Part shown: piece by piece, positions 62,808 through 64,000 of the stretch
How the letters are laid out: each line of letters opens with the position of its first letter
How positions within the stretch are numbered: the stretch's first letter is position 1
DNA from: Chloroflexota bacterium
GTDB lineage: Bacteria > Chloroflexota > Dehalococcoidia > Lucifugimonadales > JADFKI01
Reading direction: 5' to 3'
DNA: 64,000 nucleotides
Assembly: GCA_027623195.1 (NCBI GenBank)
Contig: JAQBUT010000001.1
Span: 64,001 to 128,000 of the forward strand
The notes under the pieces: generated by a model
The model's database searches: none
What the model saw: the letters and a program-made list of their open reading frames with translations, nothing else
Told to the model about the DNA's origin: nothing
Position numbers and translations under genes: made by a program

Positions 62808-63335
62808 TTGCCTGCGTATCTCAGCGAAATTGACCTAATATACGGTTCTGCCTGCGATGGCATTCGTTTGGAATCGCACCAAAGAGCACTGATCCGTTTG
62901 GTCGCCCAGGCATCCAACCGAGAGGATTTAAAATTTGGGCTTCATGAAGAGCGGGAGATTCAACTGGCAGCTTCCCTGATGATGAACTGGCGTCATATTG
63001 GCCTGCAAGCTGAGTTGGATTCATATTCCTCCAACGGTGCATCTCGAAGGCCCGATTTCGGGATAGGGCTTCCGACAAGTAATAAATATTTGTTTCTAGA
63101 GCTTAAAGTGATTTGGCCGGGATCCAACAAAGATCAAGTTCTCGACGATCTAAAAAAAATACAAACCATGTATGAATCCGGCGACCTTGCAGTCGGATTG
63201 ATGACCGTTGGGTATGCCCAACCGAATACGAATCTCAAAATTTTCAATAAAAGACATCACGATATGTCGCGTCAAATACTCGCCACATCTGAATTTGATG
63301 AAATTGGCATGAAAAAATCGATCTCAGCGACATAA
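62808..63335 (+). CDS. AT-rich hypothetical protein, PD-(D/E)xK nuclease-like; probably frameshifted near its end
   Basis: RRPDFGI...LFLELKV motif; one extra A in the A6 run (63312-63317) would extend the ORF to TGA at 63394. Confidence 0.5.
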   Translation: MPAYLSEIDLIYGSACDGIRLESHQRALIRLVAQASNREDLKFGLHEEREIQLAASLMMNWRHIGLQAELDSYSSNGASRRPDFGIGLPTSNKYLFLELKVIWPGSNKDQVLDDLKKIQTMYESGDLAVGLMTVGYAQPNTNLKIFNKRHHDMSRQILATSEFDEIGMKKSISAT

Positions 63336-63451
63336 ATGTAGGTATTAAATACACTTGGGTTGGCATGTGGATTCCCAAACGAACTTGGCAATGAATGCAA
63401 TTGACTGAATGGCGCTTAATGAAGTCCCATTTATCTTAGGAAAATAAAACC

Positions 63452-64000
63452 ATGACATTAACAATCGCAATCAATGGGAACGACGTTAGCGTTAACGACG
63501 GGGTGTCGGTGCTGGACGCTATCAACCAGTCTGGCACGTACATTTCGCAACTGTGCAAGGACCCGGACATGAAGGCGATCGGCGCGTGCCGCACGTGCCT
63601 GGTCCATGTGGAGGGCGTTCGCGGCTACCCAGCGTCGTGTTCCGTTCCAGCAGCCGACGGCATGAAGGTGTGGACGAACACGCCGGAGGTCCAGGCCATG
63701 CGCAAAGGCGTGATTGAGCTAACGCTGGCCATGTTCCCAAAGAACGGCAAGAAAGACTATCGTGAGCTTTCCATAGCGGCAGACCAGCACGGCATCACCG
63801 AGCCGCGTTGGGAGGGCCGGGAGCGTCAAGAGACCGACGACAGCAGTCCAGTGTTCAACATTGCGATGGACAGTTGCATCCTCTGCCAACGCTGCGTGCA
63901 GGCCTGCCAGGACGGCCACCAGTTCATTGGCGCAATCGACGTATTGGGTCGCGGCACCGAGGGCAAAATCGGCACCTTCATGGACCGGCCTCTGGTGGAA
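63452..64000 (+). CDS. Formate dehydrogenase alpha / NuoG-like FeS subunit (5' part; runs off window)
   Basis: Manual translation MTLTIAINGNDVSV...QLC...GACRTCLV...ASC ([2Fe-2S]) and CILCQRCVQAC ([4Fe-4S]). Confidence 0.8.
   Translation, partial: MTLTIAINGNDVSVNDGVSVLDAINQSGTYISQLCKDPDMKAIGACRTCLVHVEGVRGYPASCSVPAADGMKVWTNTPEVQAMRKGVIELTLAMFPKNGKKDYRELSIAADQHGITEPRWEGRERQETDDSSPVFNIAMDSCILCQRCVQACQDGHQFIGAIDVLGRGTEGKIGTFMDRPLVE

Overview
Mostly core-metabolic, GC-rich bacterial chromosomal DNA. The gene mix (cofE for F420, HpaB-type flavin monooxygenase, T-box-controlled leuS, PolX, TGnTAnAAT promoters) suggests Chloroflexota, possibly Dehalococcoidia/SAR202-like; this is inference. Housekeeping genes: argC (partial), nth, leuS, leuB, solA, panE, glpK, tenA, cofE, folB, valS, polX, secA, prs, fhs. 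Four regions stand out. (1) A low-GC islet between leuS and solA holds a frameshift-split ABC ATPase, a TOPRIM-like partner (defence-like) and a truncated DUF5131 gene; the DUF5131 gene is bracketed by an 81-bp diverged duplicate of the solA 3' end, which looks like an integration scar. (2) An 8-gene stress operon: USP-GNAT-GNAT-USP-GNAT-APC permease-small ORF-APH/AAA kinase, divergent from a His-rich MFS transporter. (3) A C1/aldehyde cluster: fhs, moeA x2, mobA, moaD, tungsten-family AOR, NuoE/NuoF-like subunits and an Fdh/NuoG-like subunit, interrupted by an AT-rich PD-(D/E)xK gene. (4) Several structured leaders: a Leu T-box with a heptamer-repeat insertion, and prs and fhs leaders whose promoters are nearly identical over 21 bp. 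No rRNA, tRNA, CRISPR array, integrase or transposase was recognised. All calls come from reading motifs by eye; no database search or RNA folding was run.
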